Both the position numbers and the translations under genes were made by a program. From Vicinamibacterales bacterium (GTDB taxonomy: Bacteria; Acidobacteriota; Vicinamibacteria; Vicinamibacterales; 2-12-FULL-66-21), in the NCBI GenBank assembly GCA_040881785.1, contig JBBECO010000271.1, positions 1-54,810 on the forward strand: 54,810 nt of DNA. Direction: 5' to 3'. Below, piece after piece: positions 17,271 through 26,391 of this stretch. Within the stretch, counting starts at the first letter, position 1; every line of letters starts with the position of its first letter. The notes under the pieces were generated by a model that worked only from the letters and a program-made list of their open reading frames with translations, ran no database searches and was not told the origin of the DNA.

Positions 17271-17276
17271 ATTGTA
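17271..17276 (-). promoter_or_regulatory. Candidate -10 box (TACAAT on the minus strand), 11 nt upstream of the ATG at 17259
   Basis: The minus strand reads GGTACAATTGCGGGCTGACATG. No Shine-Dalgarno in between. Confidence 0.35.
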
Positions 17277-17309
17277 CCGCGGGGCTGAAGTAAAGTGTTC
17301 AGCAGATCG

Positions 17310-17867
17310 ATGAATCTGCCGAATGCGATCACCCTCGCCCGGATCTTCCTCGTGCCGCTGCTCGTGGTCGTGCTGCTGACCAAGTTCGAAGGAAAACTCA
17401 TTTTCGGCGTGCGCAAGGAGCTCGTGGGGGCGGCGATCTTCGGGATCGCCTCGCTGACCGACTGGCTCGACGGTTACCTGGCCCGCCGTCGGGGACAGGT
17501 AACCACCTTCGGACAGCTCATGGACCCGCTGGCCGACAAGCTCCTCATCACGGCCGCGCTGCTGTCGCTGATTCAAATGGGGCTGGCGCCGGCGTGGATG
17601 GTGGCGGTGATCCTGGGTCGCGAGTTCGCCGTGACGGTGCTGCGCAGCCTGGCTCACGCCCGGGGCGTAACCATCCCGGCCTCACCGCTCGGCAAACTGA
17701 AAATGGCGGCCGAGGTCACCGCCATCCTCGCGCTCATCCTCGGTCACGATCACCTGCAGCAGTTCTTCTGGCTCGGCATCGTCGCGCTCTGGGTCGCCCT
17801 GATCACGGCCGTCGTCTCGGGGATCGAGTACTACCGGAAGTTCAACTACGTACTGGCGCAGAAATAA
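17310..17867 (+). CDS. pgsA: CDP-diacylglycerol--glycerol-3-phosphate 3-phosphatidyltransferase
   Basis: MNLPNAITLARIFLVPLL start typical of PgsA. CDP-alcohol phosphatidyltransferase motif DWLDGYLARR....FGQLMDPLADK. An alternative GTG start exists at 17295. Confidence 0.9.
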   Translation: MNLPNAITLARIFLVPLLVVVLLTKFEGKLIFGVRKELVGAAIFGIASLTDWLDGYLARRRGQVTTFGQLMDPLADKLLITAALLSLIQMGLAPAWMVAVILGREFAVTVLRSLAHARGVTIPASPLGKLKMAAEVTAILALILGHDHLQQFFWLGIVALWVALITAVVSGIEYYRKFNYVLAQK

Positions 17868-17963
17868 TACGAGGATCGGCCCGAGCGAGAGCGAGGGCTG
17901 GCAGGCGCTGGGGGTGGAGCCCGAGGCTATACCGTCGGCGCGAACGATGAGTGAGCGCTGGCA

Positions 17964-17989
17964 GGGGGGGGGGGGGGGGGCCCCCCCCC
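17964..17989. repeat. Homopolymer junction G17 followed directly by C9
   Basis: 17 G (17964-17980) immediately followed by 9 C (17981-17989) in the intergenic region between the convergent pgsA and 17999-18820 genes. TTAATTAA palindrome at 17995-18002. Confidence 0.9.
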
Positions 17990-17998
17990 GCAACTTAA

Positions 17999-18820
17999 TT
18001 AACGATGAATCGCCACCAGGTCCCCGACCTGGATCTCTTCGCGCGTGTCGCCGATCCGCACCAGCGACGTCTCGTGCTGCGTGGACGCGACCACCGCCTC
18101 GCCGAGCGTCAGCACCGGTCCGCGGCCCTTCAGCGTTTCACGGAACAGCGTCAGACGCTGGCCCGGCCGGAGGCCGTGATCCGAGCCGCGGTCGATCACC
18201 ATGAGCGAGCCCGCGGTGCCGAGCTGACGCCGTTCCCCGCCGAGAATCACCCGCGCGGGCCGGGCATAATCGGCTTCCCCCGGGGCCTGCGCCTCGTGCG
18301 CAGCCGGCAGCACGAGTGGCTCGAGATAGTCCCCTTCCGAGATGCCGTCACAGGACTCCGAGATGGTGGCGACCGACACCTCGGCCTGCGTCTCCACGAT
18401 CGTCAGCCATCCGGCGGTGTGGATACTGAACGGCCGTGTATCGCCGATCGGCCCCGCGAAACTGTCCGCGACAATGCGGCGGATGTAGAAGTGCTGCCCG
18501 GTGCGCAGCCCCTGCGACGTGCCGGCGTTGATCAGGACGGCGTCGCCGGCCGCGAAGAGGTTCTTCGCCGGCTCGGGGCCCCCCGCGATCCGGAGGGTCT
18601 GCGGCGGCATGACGAGGGCCGCCTGCGCGCCGCAGATCAGGTCCAGCGCCACGCTCCGCGCGATCAGGGGCCGCTGCGACTGGGCCGAGAGGGCGAGGGG
18701 GCCGCTGACGACCAAGGCCACCGCGATGGCCAGTCGCCACAGGGGCGACACCCCGAAAACACTGTGTTGCAGTCTGTGTTGCATGGTGTGGCTCTTTTCG
18801 GTCGAGGTCCTGCCGTTCAT
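17999..18820 (-). CDS. Hypothetical exported protein
   Basis: 273-aa ORF with a signal-like segment (WRLAIAVALVVSGPLALSAQ). Its start overlaps the bamD stop by 1 nt (TAATG). An alternative start exists at M13. No family recognised. Confidence 0.65.
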   Translation of the reverse strand: MNGRTSTEKSHTMQHRLQHSVFGVSPLWRLAIAVALVVSGPLALSAQSQRPLIARSVALDLICGAQAALVMPPQTLRIAGGPEPAKNLFAAGDAVLINAGTSQGLRTGQHFYIRRIVADSFAGPIGDTRPFSIHTAGWLTIVETQAEVSVATISESCDGISEGDYLEPLVLPAAHEAQAPGEADYARPARVILGGERRQLGTAGSLMVIDRGSDHGLRPGQRLTLFRETLKGRGPVLTLGEAVVASTQHETSLVRIGDTREEIQVGDLVAIHR

Positions 18821-19641
18821 TACTTCTTGATCTGGGCCTGCATCTGGGCTTTCAGCTCCTCGAGCTGAATGCGTGCCTTTTCGAGATATTCGCTCTGCTC
18901 GAACTCCGTCACCAGCTTGTCGAGGTACGGGATCGCGGCGGCCGGCTGCCCGACCACCACCAGCGCCTGCGCCATCTGGTAGTAGACCGCGTCGCGGTGC
19001 GTGTACTCCGGGTCGTTCTTCAGGATGCCGGCGAACCGGTCGATGGCGCCCGGGATGGACATCCGCGAGCGCAGGTAGAAGAACCCGACGTTGTACTCCG
19101 ATTCGCTGAGCCGGTCCTTGGCCTCGCGCAGCCGCTGCCGGGCCTCCCCGATGAGGGCGCCATTCGGATAGCGCTGCACGTAGGTCGAGAACTCCGTGAT
19201 CGCTTCCCTGGTATCGGTCTGGTCCCGCGCCGGTCCGCGCATTTGCTTGAAATGCGCTGTGCCCAGTTGGAACTGGGCATAGTGCGCCCGGCTATGGGTG
19301 GGGAAGTGGGCGAGGAACTCCTTGTACTCGTTGATCCCCATGACCTGCCCCTCGATCGTCCCTTCGCCGAGGTACGTGTCACCGATCCCGAGCTTGGCGT
19401 CCGCGCGGAAGTTGCTCTGCGGATAGCTGTCCACGAGCTGCCGGAAATATTCACGCGCCACGTACCACCGGCGGTTGTTGAGCGCCTCGGTCCCGTTCTC
19501 AAAAAGGAACTTGTCCGGCTCCTCGGCGCCGACCGGCGGTTTCTTGGGTCCAGACGCGCCGCACGCGCTGGACGTGGCGACGAGCGCGAGGAGACACAAA
19601 CAGCGCGCGATCACGCGCGCACGGGTGCTGACGAAAGCCAT
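18820..19641 (-). CDS. bamD: Outer membrane protein assembly factor BamD (TPR lipoprotein)
   Basis: Lipoprotein signal ...LVATSSAC. FENGTEALNNRRWYVAREYFRQLVDSYPQSNFRADAKLGIGDTYL is typical of BamD/YfiO. An alternative GTG start at 19614 would give a GTGA overlap with the upstream stop. Confidence 0.85.
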   Translation of the reverse strand: MAFVSTRARVIARCLCLLALVATSSACGASGPKKPPVGAEEPDKFLFENGTEALNNRRWYVAREYFRQLVDSYPQSNFRADAKLGIGDTYLGEGTIEGQVMGINEYKEFLAHFPTHSRAHYAQFQLGTAHFKQMRGPARDQTDTREAITEFSTYVQRYPNGALIGEARQRLREAKDRLSESEYNVGFFYLRSRMSIPGAIDRFAGILKNDPEYTHRDAVYYQMAQALVVVGQPAAAIPYLDKLVTEFEQSEYLEKARIQLEELKAQMQAQIKK

Positions 19642-20558
19642 CGATACTCCGCTTCGATTCCCTGTTCCAGTGTGACGCTCGGCGCAAACCCCAGGTCGGC
19701 GCGCGCAAGCGTGGTATCGGCATACGTGTCGCGCATGTCCCCCTTCTGGGCCGGCTCCCGCCGGACCTCCAGAGGACGCCCGGCGATCCGGCCGATGATC
19801 TCGACGACCTGATTCATGGAGACTCGCGAGCCTCCGCCGACGTTGTAGGCGCGCCCCGGCACGCCGCGATCGCCGGCCGCCATGGTCGCGGCCACGGCGT
19901 CGGCGACGAACGTGAAGTCGCGCGTCTGTTCGCCGTCACCATAGAGCGTGACCGGCCGGCCCTCGAGCGACGCGCGAATGAACCGGTTGAACGCCATGTC
20001 CGGCCGCTGACGCGGACCGTAGACCGTGAAGTAGCGCAGCGACGTCGTGGGCACGCCGTAGTTGACGTGATAGAGGTGACACAGCTGCTCGGCGGCCAGC
20101 TTCGTGACGCCGTACGGCGAGACCGGCTGCGGCAGCGCATCTTCACGCATCGGGATGGGCACGCTGTCGCCGTAGAGCGAGGAGCTCGACGCGTACACGA
20201 ACCGATGCAGCCGGCGGTCCACGCAGGCCTCGAGCAATTGCTGCGACGCGTCCACGTTGTTCGACGTGTAGATGCGGAAGTCGGATCCCCAGCTCTTGCG
20301 CACGCCGGCCTGCGCCGCCAGATGGAACACGTGGGTCGCGCCGTCGAGAAGCGCCGGGAGGTCGGCCTCCTGCAGCCGGACCTCGAGAAAGCTGAATCCG
20401 TTCCGCGAGCGGTTCACCTCGAGGTTCGCTTCCTTGATCGGCCGCGGATAGTAGTCGGTGAAGCAGTCCACGCCCAGCACCTCGAAGCCGCGATCGAGGA
20501 GCGCGCTCGAGAGATGGGACCCGATGAATCCGGCGGCGCCGGTGACGACCGCCTTCAT
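19611..20558 (-). CDS. NAD-dependent epimerase/dehydratase (extended SDR, nucleotide-sugar modifying)
   Basis: MKAVVTGAAGFIGSHL Rossmann motif. YGVTK catalytic YxxxK. SSSSLYG. Confidence 0.85.
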   Translation of the reverse strand: MKAVVTGAAGFIGSHLSSALLDRGFEVLGVDCFTDYYPRPIKEANLEVNRSRNGFSFLEVRLQEADLPALLDGATHVFHLAAQAGVRKSWGSDFRIYTSNNVDASQQLLEACVDRRLHRFVYASSSSLYGDSVPIPMREDALPQPVSPYGVTKLAAEQLCHLYHVNYGVPTTSLRYFTVYGPRQRPDMAFNRFIRASLEGRPVTLYGDGEQTRDFTFVADAVAATMAAGDRGVPGRAYNVGGGSRVSMNQVVEIIGRIAGRPLEVRREPAQKGDMRDTYADTTLARADLGFAPSVTLEQGIEAEYRWLSSAPVRA

Positions 20559-20950
20559 GCGAACGCCTGCCGGATCCGCGCGGGCAGGCGGCAGGGCCGC
20601 CCGGAGGGATCCACGGCGGCGTGGACGGTGTAGCCGGCCGCCGCCACCTGCTGGTCCTCTCGCCGCACGACGGTGTAGGTGAACTGCATCCTCACGGCTG
20701 ACAGCATCTGACCTTCTGTCCTCACGTCGATCTCGTCGTCATAGCGCGCAGGCCGCTGGTATTCGCAGTGCGCTTCGATGACCGGCAGACTCACGCCGGC
20801 CGCTTCCATCTCCCGGTACGTCCACCCGAGCGAGCGCAGCAGGTCGGTGCGCGCCACCTCGAACCAGACGAGGAAGTTCGCGTAGTACACGACTCCCATC
20901 TTGTCGGTTTCGGCATACCGGACCCGCAACGTCGTGACCGAAGCCGGCAC
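20555..20950 (-). CDS. Acyl-CoA thioesterase, YbgC / 4HBT family
   Basis: RVRYAETDKMGVVYYANFLVWFEVARTDLLR hotdog-fold signature. GTG start at 20950 lies directly after the rpe stop. The ORF-track start at 21133 overlaps rpe and is rejected. Confidence 0.8.
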   Translation of the reverse strand: MPASVTTLRVRYAETDKMGVVYYANFLVWFEVARTDLLRSLGWTYREMEAAGVSLPVIEAHCEYQRPARYDDEIDVRTEGQMLSAVRMQFTYTVVRREDQQVAAAGYTVHAAVDPSGRPCRLPARIRQAFA

Positions 20951-20951
20951 G

Positions 20952-21629
20952 TCAGCGCTTCGCCCCTGCCAGCGCGGCCGCCCGCAGCTCCCGGGTGGCC
21001 GCGGCCGGATCCGGCGCCCCGAAAATCGCCGCACCGGCCACGAAAATCGACGCGCCGGCGGCGACGAGGCGGCCCACATTGCTGCTGTCCACGCCCCCAT
21101 CGACCTCGATCGGGGCGGAATTGCCCGCCGCATCGAGCATCGCGCGGATCGCTCGAATCTTAGACTCGCTGCGGGGGATGAAGGTCTGCCCGCCGAATCC
21201 CGGGTTCACCGACATGACCAGCACGTGGTCGAGATCTCCGGCCACCTCTTCGAGCGCCGACACAGGCGTGGAGGGGTTGATGGCCACTCCCGCTTTCGCG
21301 CCGAGCGACTTGATGAACTGAAGCGACCGGTGCAGGTGGGGGAGCACCTCCACGTGCACCGACAGCCGCGCCGCCCCGGCGGCGACGAACGCCTCGGCAA
21401 ACCGATCGGGGTCCTCGATCATCAGGTGCACGTCCAGCGGGACCTTCGCGACCTTCTTGAGCGAGGCGACGACGGGGATGCCGACGGTGAGGTTCGGGAC
21501 GAAGTGGCCGTCCATGACGTCCACGTGGATCAGGTCCGCGCCGCCGGCCTCGCCAAGCGCGATCGCCTCGCCGAGGGCGGCAAAGTTGGCGGCGAGAATC
21601 GACGGAGCGATCAGGATCGGTCTGGACAT
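20952..21629 (-). CDS. rpe: Ribulose-phosphate 3-epimerase
   Basis: IAPSILAANFAALGEA...GADLIHVDVMDGHFVPNLT and VMSVNPGFGGQ motifs. Confidence 0.95.
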   Translation of the reverse strand: MSRPILIAPSILAANFAALGEAIALGEAGGADLIHVDVMDGHFVPNLTVGIPVVASLKKVAKVPLDVHLMIEDPDRFAEAFVAAGAARLSVHVEVLPHLHRSLQFIKSLGAKAGVAINPSTPVSALEEVAGDLDHVLVMSVNPGFGGQTFIPRSESKIRAIRAMLDAAGNSAPIEVDGGVDSSNVGRLVAAGASIFVAGAAIFGAPDPAAATRELRAAALAGAKR

Positions 21630-21632
21630 ACG

Positions 21633-22355
21633 CTAGCGGCTGACCTCGAGCGAAATGGTTTCCCCGGGCGAGATCTGGAATCCCGCCTGCGGGTTCTGCC
21701 GCAGCACGATGCCCCCCGGGACGCCCGGATAGGGATGATCGCCGACGACGGCGATCCGGAAGCCGCGCGCGCGCAGCAGGTCCGCGGCGCGGTCGCCATT
21801 CACGCCGATCAGGTCCGGCATCACATACGTCAGCGCGCGCTCGCCGCGGTTGATCAACAGGGCGACGCCGGCGGCGCTGGTTTTCGGCGGCGGCGTCTGC
21901 GCCACCACGGCTCCAGAGGCATACTCCGCCGAGCGGATCTCCGATGCGGCCGTCAGCCCGAGCCCCTCCTGCTGCAGCCGCAGTTGCGCGGTGCGCTCCG
22001 ATTCGCCAATCAGAGAGGGAATGACCATCGCGCGCGGTCCGGAGCTGATCCAGACCTTCACGGTGCGTTCCTTGCGCGTGCGCTGCCCGGGCGCCGGATC
22101 CTGCGAGAGCACCTGGCCGGCCGGCACCTTCGGGTCCACGCGCCCGCCTTCCTCGACCCGCAGGTTGAGCCCGGCGTCGGCGACCAGCGTGCGGGCGTCG
22201 TTCACCGTCCGGCCGGCAAGGGCCGGGACCTCGACCTCGCGGGTCTTGAGGGCAAGGCGCATCGCGGCGGCGGCGAAGAGCACGTACGTGAGCAACAGGG
22301 CGCCGCCCAGGAGCAGCAACTTGCCTGCGCTCCAGACGCGCGTCTTGAAGGGCAT
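21633..22355 (-). CDS. Membrane-anchored protein with three PASTA domains and no kinase or transpeptidase domain
   Basis: N-terminal TM segment (GKLLLLGGALLLTYVLFAAAA), then three repeats of the PASTA pattern (VP.L.G........L...GL.........P.G.V..Q.P..G........V.L). Confidence 0.8.
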   Translation of the reverse strand: MPFKTRVWSAGKLLLLGGALLLTYVLFAAAAMRLALKTREVEVPALAGRTVNDARTLVADAGLNLRVEEGGRVDPKVPAGQVLSQDPAPGQRTRKERTVKVWISSGPRAMVIPSLIGESERTAQLRLQQEGLGLTAASEIRSAEYASGAVVAQTPPPKTSAAGVALLINRGERALTYVMPDLIGVNGDRAADLLRARGFRIAVVGDHPYPGVPGGIVLRQNPQAGFQISPGETISLEVSR

Positions 22356-22368
22356 GGACCTCGAAAGT

Positions 22369-23688
22369 TTAGCGCAAGTCCTTAGTTTTCACCAGCATGG
22401 CGGCAAAGAAGGCCTCCAGCCCGTCGCGGAATGGCAGCGTGCGAAGCGGCGCGCCGTCCTGCTGGAATTCCGGGTGCCGATCGAGAAACGCCTCGACGAC
22501 CCGGTCATTTTCCTCCGGCTCCGACGAGCAGGTGGCATAGATGAGGCGTCCGCCGTCCGCCACGACCGCTCCCGCATGCTCGAGCATCGTCAGCTGCCCT
22601 CGAGCCAGGCCCGCGAGCTCCTCTTCCGATCGCCGCCACTTGATGTCTGGATCCCGGCGCACGGTGCCCAGACCCGAGCACGGCGCGTCGAGCAACACGC
22701 GGTCGAAACGATCGCCGAAGGGCAGCGGCAGGGCGGCGTCCGCCTGGACAAGGCGGACGTTGCCGGCCCCGGAGCGACGGACCGTCTGGGCGAGCAGCTC
22801 GATCCGCCGCGCGCGGACGTCGCTGGCGACCACGGAACCCTCGCCCCTCATGGCGCCTGCCATGGCGACGGTCTTCCCACCCGGCGACGCGCAGGCGTCG
22901 AGGACCCGCTCGCCAGGCCGCGCCCGCGCAAAAGCCCCGACCAGCTGCGATGCCTCGTCCTGCACGAAAAACAGCCCCTCCTCGTGAAGCGCTGTCTGGA
23001 GCGGATTTCCCCGGCGGACGATCAGTCCCTCGGCGGCGTGGACGGCCGGTTCGGTCTCGATCCCCGCCTCGCGCAGGCGCACGGCCAGGTCGTCCCGCGA
23101 GACCTTCAGCGTGTTCGCGCGAATCGTCAGCGGCGCGGGCGCATTGTTGAACCGCGCCCAGGCCTCGGCCTCGGCAAAGCCATGCCGATCCAGCCAGCGC
23201 GCCACGAGCCACTCGGGATGCGACAGTGTGATCGACAGGTAGGCGAGCGCCGCGGCGCGGTCGCTCGCGTCGGCCGGTCTCGCCGGCAGGGGCAGCCGTC
23301 CGCGCTCCCGCGCCACGCGCCGGAGCACCGCGTTCACGAGCCCCGCCGCGCTGCGCTTGCCGGCCTTGCCCGCCATGTCCACGGCGTCCTTGACCGCGGC
23401 CGAGGCCGGGACGCGATCGAGGTGAAGCAGTTGAAAAATCGTCAGCCGCAGGATCTCGATGACTTCGGGATCCAGCTTCCGGAGGGGACGCCCGGCGAAC
23501 GCCGCAATGACGTGATCGAAGGCCCCCTGCCAGCGAAGCGTGCCGGTCGCGATCTCGCCGGCGAGCGCGCGATCGCGTTCGTCCTCGAGGCGGCTGCGCT
23601 GCCGCGCGAGCGCAGATGCCAGGTCGGTCCTGCCGCTGCCGACCTCGCGCAGGACCTCGTACGCCACCGTTCGAGCGGGTGCGATCAT
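22369..23688 (-). CDS. rsmB: 16S rRNA (cytosine967-C5)-methyltransferase
   Basis: NusB-like N-terminal domain. SAM-binding DACASPGGKT. Catalytic DAPCSG and TCS motifs. ATGA overlap with the fmt stop. The 809-aa ORF-track entry is an over-extension. Confidence 0.9.
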   Translation of the reverse strand: MIAPARTVAYEVLREVGSGRTDLASALARQRSRLEDERDRALAGEIATGTLRWQGAFDHVIAAFAGRPLRKLDPEVIEILRLTIFQLLHLDRVPASAAVKDAVDMAGKAGKRSAAGLVNAVLRRVARERGRLPLPARPADASDRAAALAYLSITLSHPEWLVARWLDRHGFAEAEAWARFNNAPAPLTIRANTLKVSRDDLAVRLREAGIETEPAVHAAEGLIVRRGNPLQTALHEEGLFFVQDEASQLVGAFARARPGERVLDACASPGGKTVAMAGAMRGEGSVVASDVRARRIELLAQTVRRSGAGNVRLVQADAALPLPFGDRFDRVLLDAPCSGLGTVRRDPDIKWRRSEEELAGLARGQLTMLEHAGAVVADGGRLIYATCSSEPEENDRVVEAFLDRHPEFQQDGAPLRTLPFRDGLEAFFAAMLVKTKDLR

Positions 23689-24662
23689 TCTTGATCGGCG
23701 GGGCTTCCGGGCGCGTTCAGGCGCGCGCCCGGAGCGAGCGCACGGCCCGCGAGAAAGTCGCGTGCCGACATCACGCGTTTGCCTTCCGGCTGGATCTCGA
23801 GGACCCGCAGCACCGCTCCGTCGCCGGCGGCGACCGCCAGCACCCCGTTCGACGCCGCCGTCACCGTGCCGGGCGCCGCGGTCGTCCTCTCTCCGGTCAA
23901 CGCGGTCCTGTGGAGCAGACAGCGGACGCCGTCCACGCGGACGGCCACGAGCGGCCATGGCTGCAGGCCGCGGACCAGGTCGTGGATCCGCGCGGCCGGC
24001 AGCGTCCAGTCGATCGTCCCCTCGTGGCGCTCGATCTTCGGCGCAAACGTCGCGGCGGCGTGATTCTGTTCGATGGGGACCGGGGCGCCTTCCGCAAGCC
24101 GATCGACAACGGTCAGCGCCAGCGACGCCCCCAGCGCCGCGAGCGCGCGCTCGACGTCCGGCGTCGTGTCGTCGGCACCGATCGACCGGTGCGCCGTCGC
24201 GAAAACAGGCCCCGCATCGAGCTCCGTGACGACCCGCATGATCGAGACGCCGGTGTCGCGCGCCCCGTCGATGACGGCCCGGTGCACGGGCGCCGCGCCG
24301 CGGTACTGCGGCAGCAGCGACGCGTGGATGTTGATCATCCCCAGCCGCGGGATCGCGAGGACCGCGTCCGGGATCAGCCGGCCGTACGCGGCGACGACAC
24401 CGAGGTCCGGTGCAAGCGCGGCGAGCGCGGCGTGAAACGCGGGATCCTTGACTTTCGTCGGCTGCAGGACGGGAACGCCGGCGGCCTCCGCGGCACGTCT
24501 GGTCGGCGTCGGCTGGAGCTTCTGCCCGCGCCCCCTCGGCCGATCCGGCTGCGAGACGAGCGCCACGACGTGGTGCCGGGACGCGATGAGCGTCTGGAGT
24601 CCGGGGACGGCGAACTCGGGCGTGCCGAAGTAGACGATGCGCAGGGGCGGCACCGGCGTCAC
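23685..24662 (-). CDS. fmt: Methionyl-tRNA formyltransferase
   Basis: RIVYFGTPEFAVP, HASLLPQYRGAAPV(H)RA motifs. GTG start overlapping the def stop (GTGA). Confidence 0.9.
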   Translation of the reverse strand: MTPVPPLRIVYFGTPEFAVPGLQTLIASRHHVVALVSQPDRPRGRGQKLQPTPTRRAAEAAGVPVLQPTKVKDPAFHAALAALAPDLGVVAAYGRLIPDAVLAIPRLGMINIHASLLPQYRGAAPVHRAVIDGARDTGVSIMRVVTELDAGPVFATAHRSIGADDTTPDVERALAALGASLALTVVDRLAEGAPVPIEQNHAAATFAPKIERHEGTIDWTLPAARIHDLVRGLQPWPLVAVRVDGVRCLLHRTALTGERTTAAPGTVTAASNGVLAVAAGDGAVLRVLEIQPEGKRVMSARDFLAGRALAPGARLNAPGSPADQE

Positions 24663-25168
24663 CACTTGCCCGTGCGTTTGAGCTTCTGAACCTTGCGCAC
24701 GATGAGATCGCGCCGGATACCGCGCAGCCGGTCCACGAACAGCGAGCCCTCCAGGTGGTCCATCTCGTGCTGGAGTGCGCGGGCGAGCAGCCCGGCACCC
24801 TCGACCGTTTTCTCGACGCCGTCCCGATCGAAGCCGCGCACGACTGCGCGCGAGGGGCGCACGACAGTCGCCTCGAAGCCGGGCAGACTCAAACAGCCCT
24901 CTTCTTCGAGCTGCAGGCCTTCGCAGGTGACGAACTCGGGATTGACCAGCTCGATCAACTCCCCGTGCAGTTTCCCCACGGACAGGTCGATCACGAACAC
25001 CCGCAGGGGCACGCCGATCTGCGGCGCCGCCAGGCCGACACCTGGCGCGGCATACATCGTTTCCGTCATGTCCCGCAGGAGTGCGTGCAGGGAGGCGTCG
25101 AAGCGCTCGACGGGGGCGGCCGGCGCGTGCAGGACGCCATCCCCGTACCGCAGGATCGGCCGGATCAT
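24659..25168 (-). CDS. def: Peptide deformylase
   Basis: GVGLAAPQIG, EGCLS and HEMDH motifs. ATGA overlap with the aroC stop. Confidence 0.95.
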   Translation of the reverse strand: MIRPILRYGDGVLHAPAAPVERFDASLHALLRDMTETMYAAPGVGLAAPQIGVPLRVFVIDLSVGKLHGELIELVNPEFVTCEGLQLEEEGCLSLPGFEATVVRPSRAVVRGFDRDGVEKTVEGAGLLARALQHEMDHLEGSLFVDRLRGIRRDLIVRKVQKLKRTGKW

Positions 25169-26391
25169 TGCCCGCCGGCGACGGGGGGCGCGCTCGGCTG
25201 AAAGCGCGCCCGCGTGCGCGCGGCCGCCGCGGACATCGCGCCCAGCAGCTCCGCCATGGAATCGCCGCCGAATTTCTCCACGAGCGCGTCGGCGAGCACG
25301 AGCGCGACCATCGCTTCGCCGACGACCGCGGCCGCCGGGACGGCACACACGTCGCTGCGCTCGATCGCCGCCGGCGCCTCCTTCATCGTCGTCACGTCGA
25401 CGGACCGGAGCGGCTTCATGAGCGTCGAGATCGGCTTCATCCACGCCGAGACCCGCAGGTCTTCGCCGTTGGTGACGCCGCCTTCGAGCCCCCCCGCGTT
25501 GTTGGTCGGGCGGGCGATCCCGGTGGCGCGCGCGCCGGAGCGGTCGGGAAGGATCTCGTCGTGGACGCGAGAGCCCGGGCGAAACGCCACCTCCGGGCCG
25601 AGACCGATGCCGACGGCCTTGATGGCGGGGATCGACATCAGCGCTTGCGCCAACCGGCCGTCCAGCTTGCGGTCCCACTGAATGTAGCTGCCGAGACCCG
25701 GCGGCACGCCGGTCGCGATGACCTCGAAGGCGCCGCCGCGGGTATCGCCGGCTTCGCGCGCGGCATCGACCTCGGCGATCATGCGCGTCTCGACCTGGGG
25801 GTCCACGCACCGCATCGGTCCGTCATCGGGGAGCGCGGCGGCGAGGTCGAAGGTGACCACCGTCTCTTCGGGGAGGCGCGTGGCGCCGATCGCGAACACG
25901 TGGCTCGTGATGCGGATGCCGGCGGCGTGGAGCAGCTGCTTCGCGAACGCACCGGCGGCGACCCGCGCGGCGGTCTCGCGCGCGCTGGCGCGTTCGAGGA
26001 CGTCGCGGATGTCCGCCCGGTCGAACTTCGCCGCACCGGCGAGATCGGCGTGCCCCGGGCGCGGGCGCGTCACGGCGGGCCGGTGCGCGCCGCCCGCGTC
26101 GGCCGCCGGTGCCTCGTCGAGGCTCATGGTGTGCTGCCAGTTCGCCCAGTCGTGGTTCTGGATCATCACGGCGATCGGTCCGCCGATCGTCTGGCCACGC
26201 CGCACGCCCGACAGGATCTCGGGCGTGTCGGATTCGATCGCCATCCGGCGGCCGCGTCCGTAGCCCCCCTGGCGCCGCTTCAGTTCGTTGTCGATCCGCC
26301 CGAAGTCGAGCGCGAGACCGGCGGGAATGCCTTCGAGGATGACGACGAGGGCGCGCCCATGCGACTCGCCCGCAGTGAGGTAGCGGACCAT
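25165..26391 (-). CDS. aroC: Chorismate synthase
   Basis: MVRYLTAGESHG start, RRQGGYGRGRRM motif, chorismate synthase-like throughout. Confidence 0.95.
   Translation of the reverse strand: MVRYLTAGESHGRALVVILEGIPAGLALDFGRIDNELKRRQGGYGRGRRMAIESDTPEILSGVRRGQTIGGPIAVMIQNHDWANWQHTMSLDEAPAADAGGAHRPAVTRPRPGHADLAGAAKFDRADIRDVLERASARETAARVAAGAFAKQLLHAAGIRITSHVFAIGATRLPEETVVTFDLAAALPDDGPMRCVDPQVETRMIAEVDAAREAGDTRGGAFEVIATGVPPGLGSYIQWDRKLDGRLAQALMSIPAIKAVGIGLGPEVAFRPGSRVHDEILPDRSGARATGIARPTNNAGGLEGGVTNGEDLRVSAWMKPISTLMKPLRSVDVTTMKEAPAAIERSDVCAVPAAAVVGEAMVALVLADALVEKFGGDSMAELLGAMSAAAARTRARFQPSAPPVAGGQ

Noticed and set aside
17995-18002. TTAATTAA (PacI site) as evidence of a cloning or vector junction.
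   Set aside because: No vector-like sequence flanks it, and it overlaps a normal TAA stop codon. It is noted only as context for the G17C9 tract.
22369-25810. ORF-track entries of 809, 553 and 383 aa that suggest giant fused proteins covering rsmB, fmt and def.
   Set aside because: The conserved parts begin at internal starts (23688, 24662 and 25168) that overlap the upstream stops by 4 nt. The N-terminal extensions are low-complexity and overlap the preceding genes.
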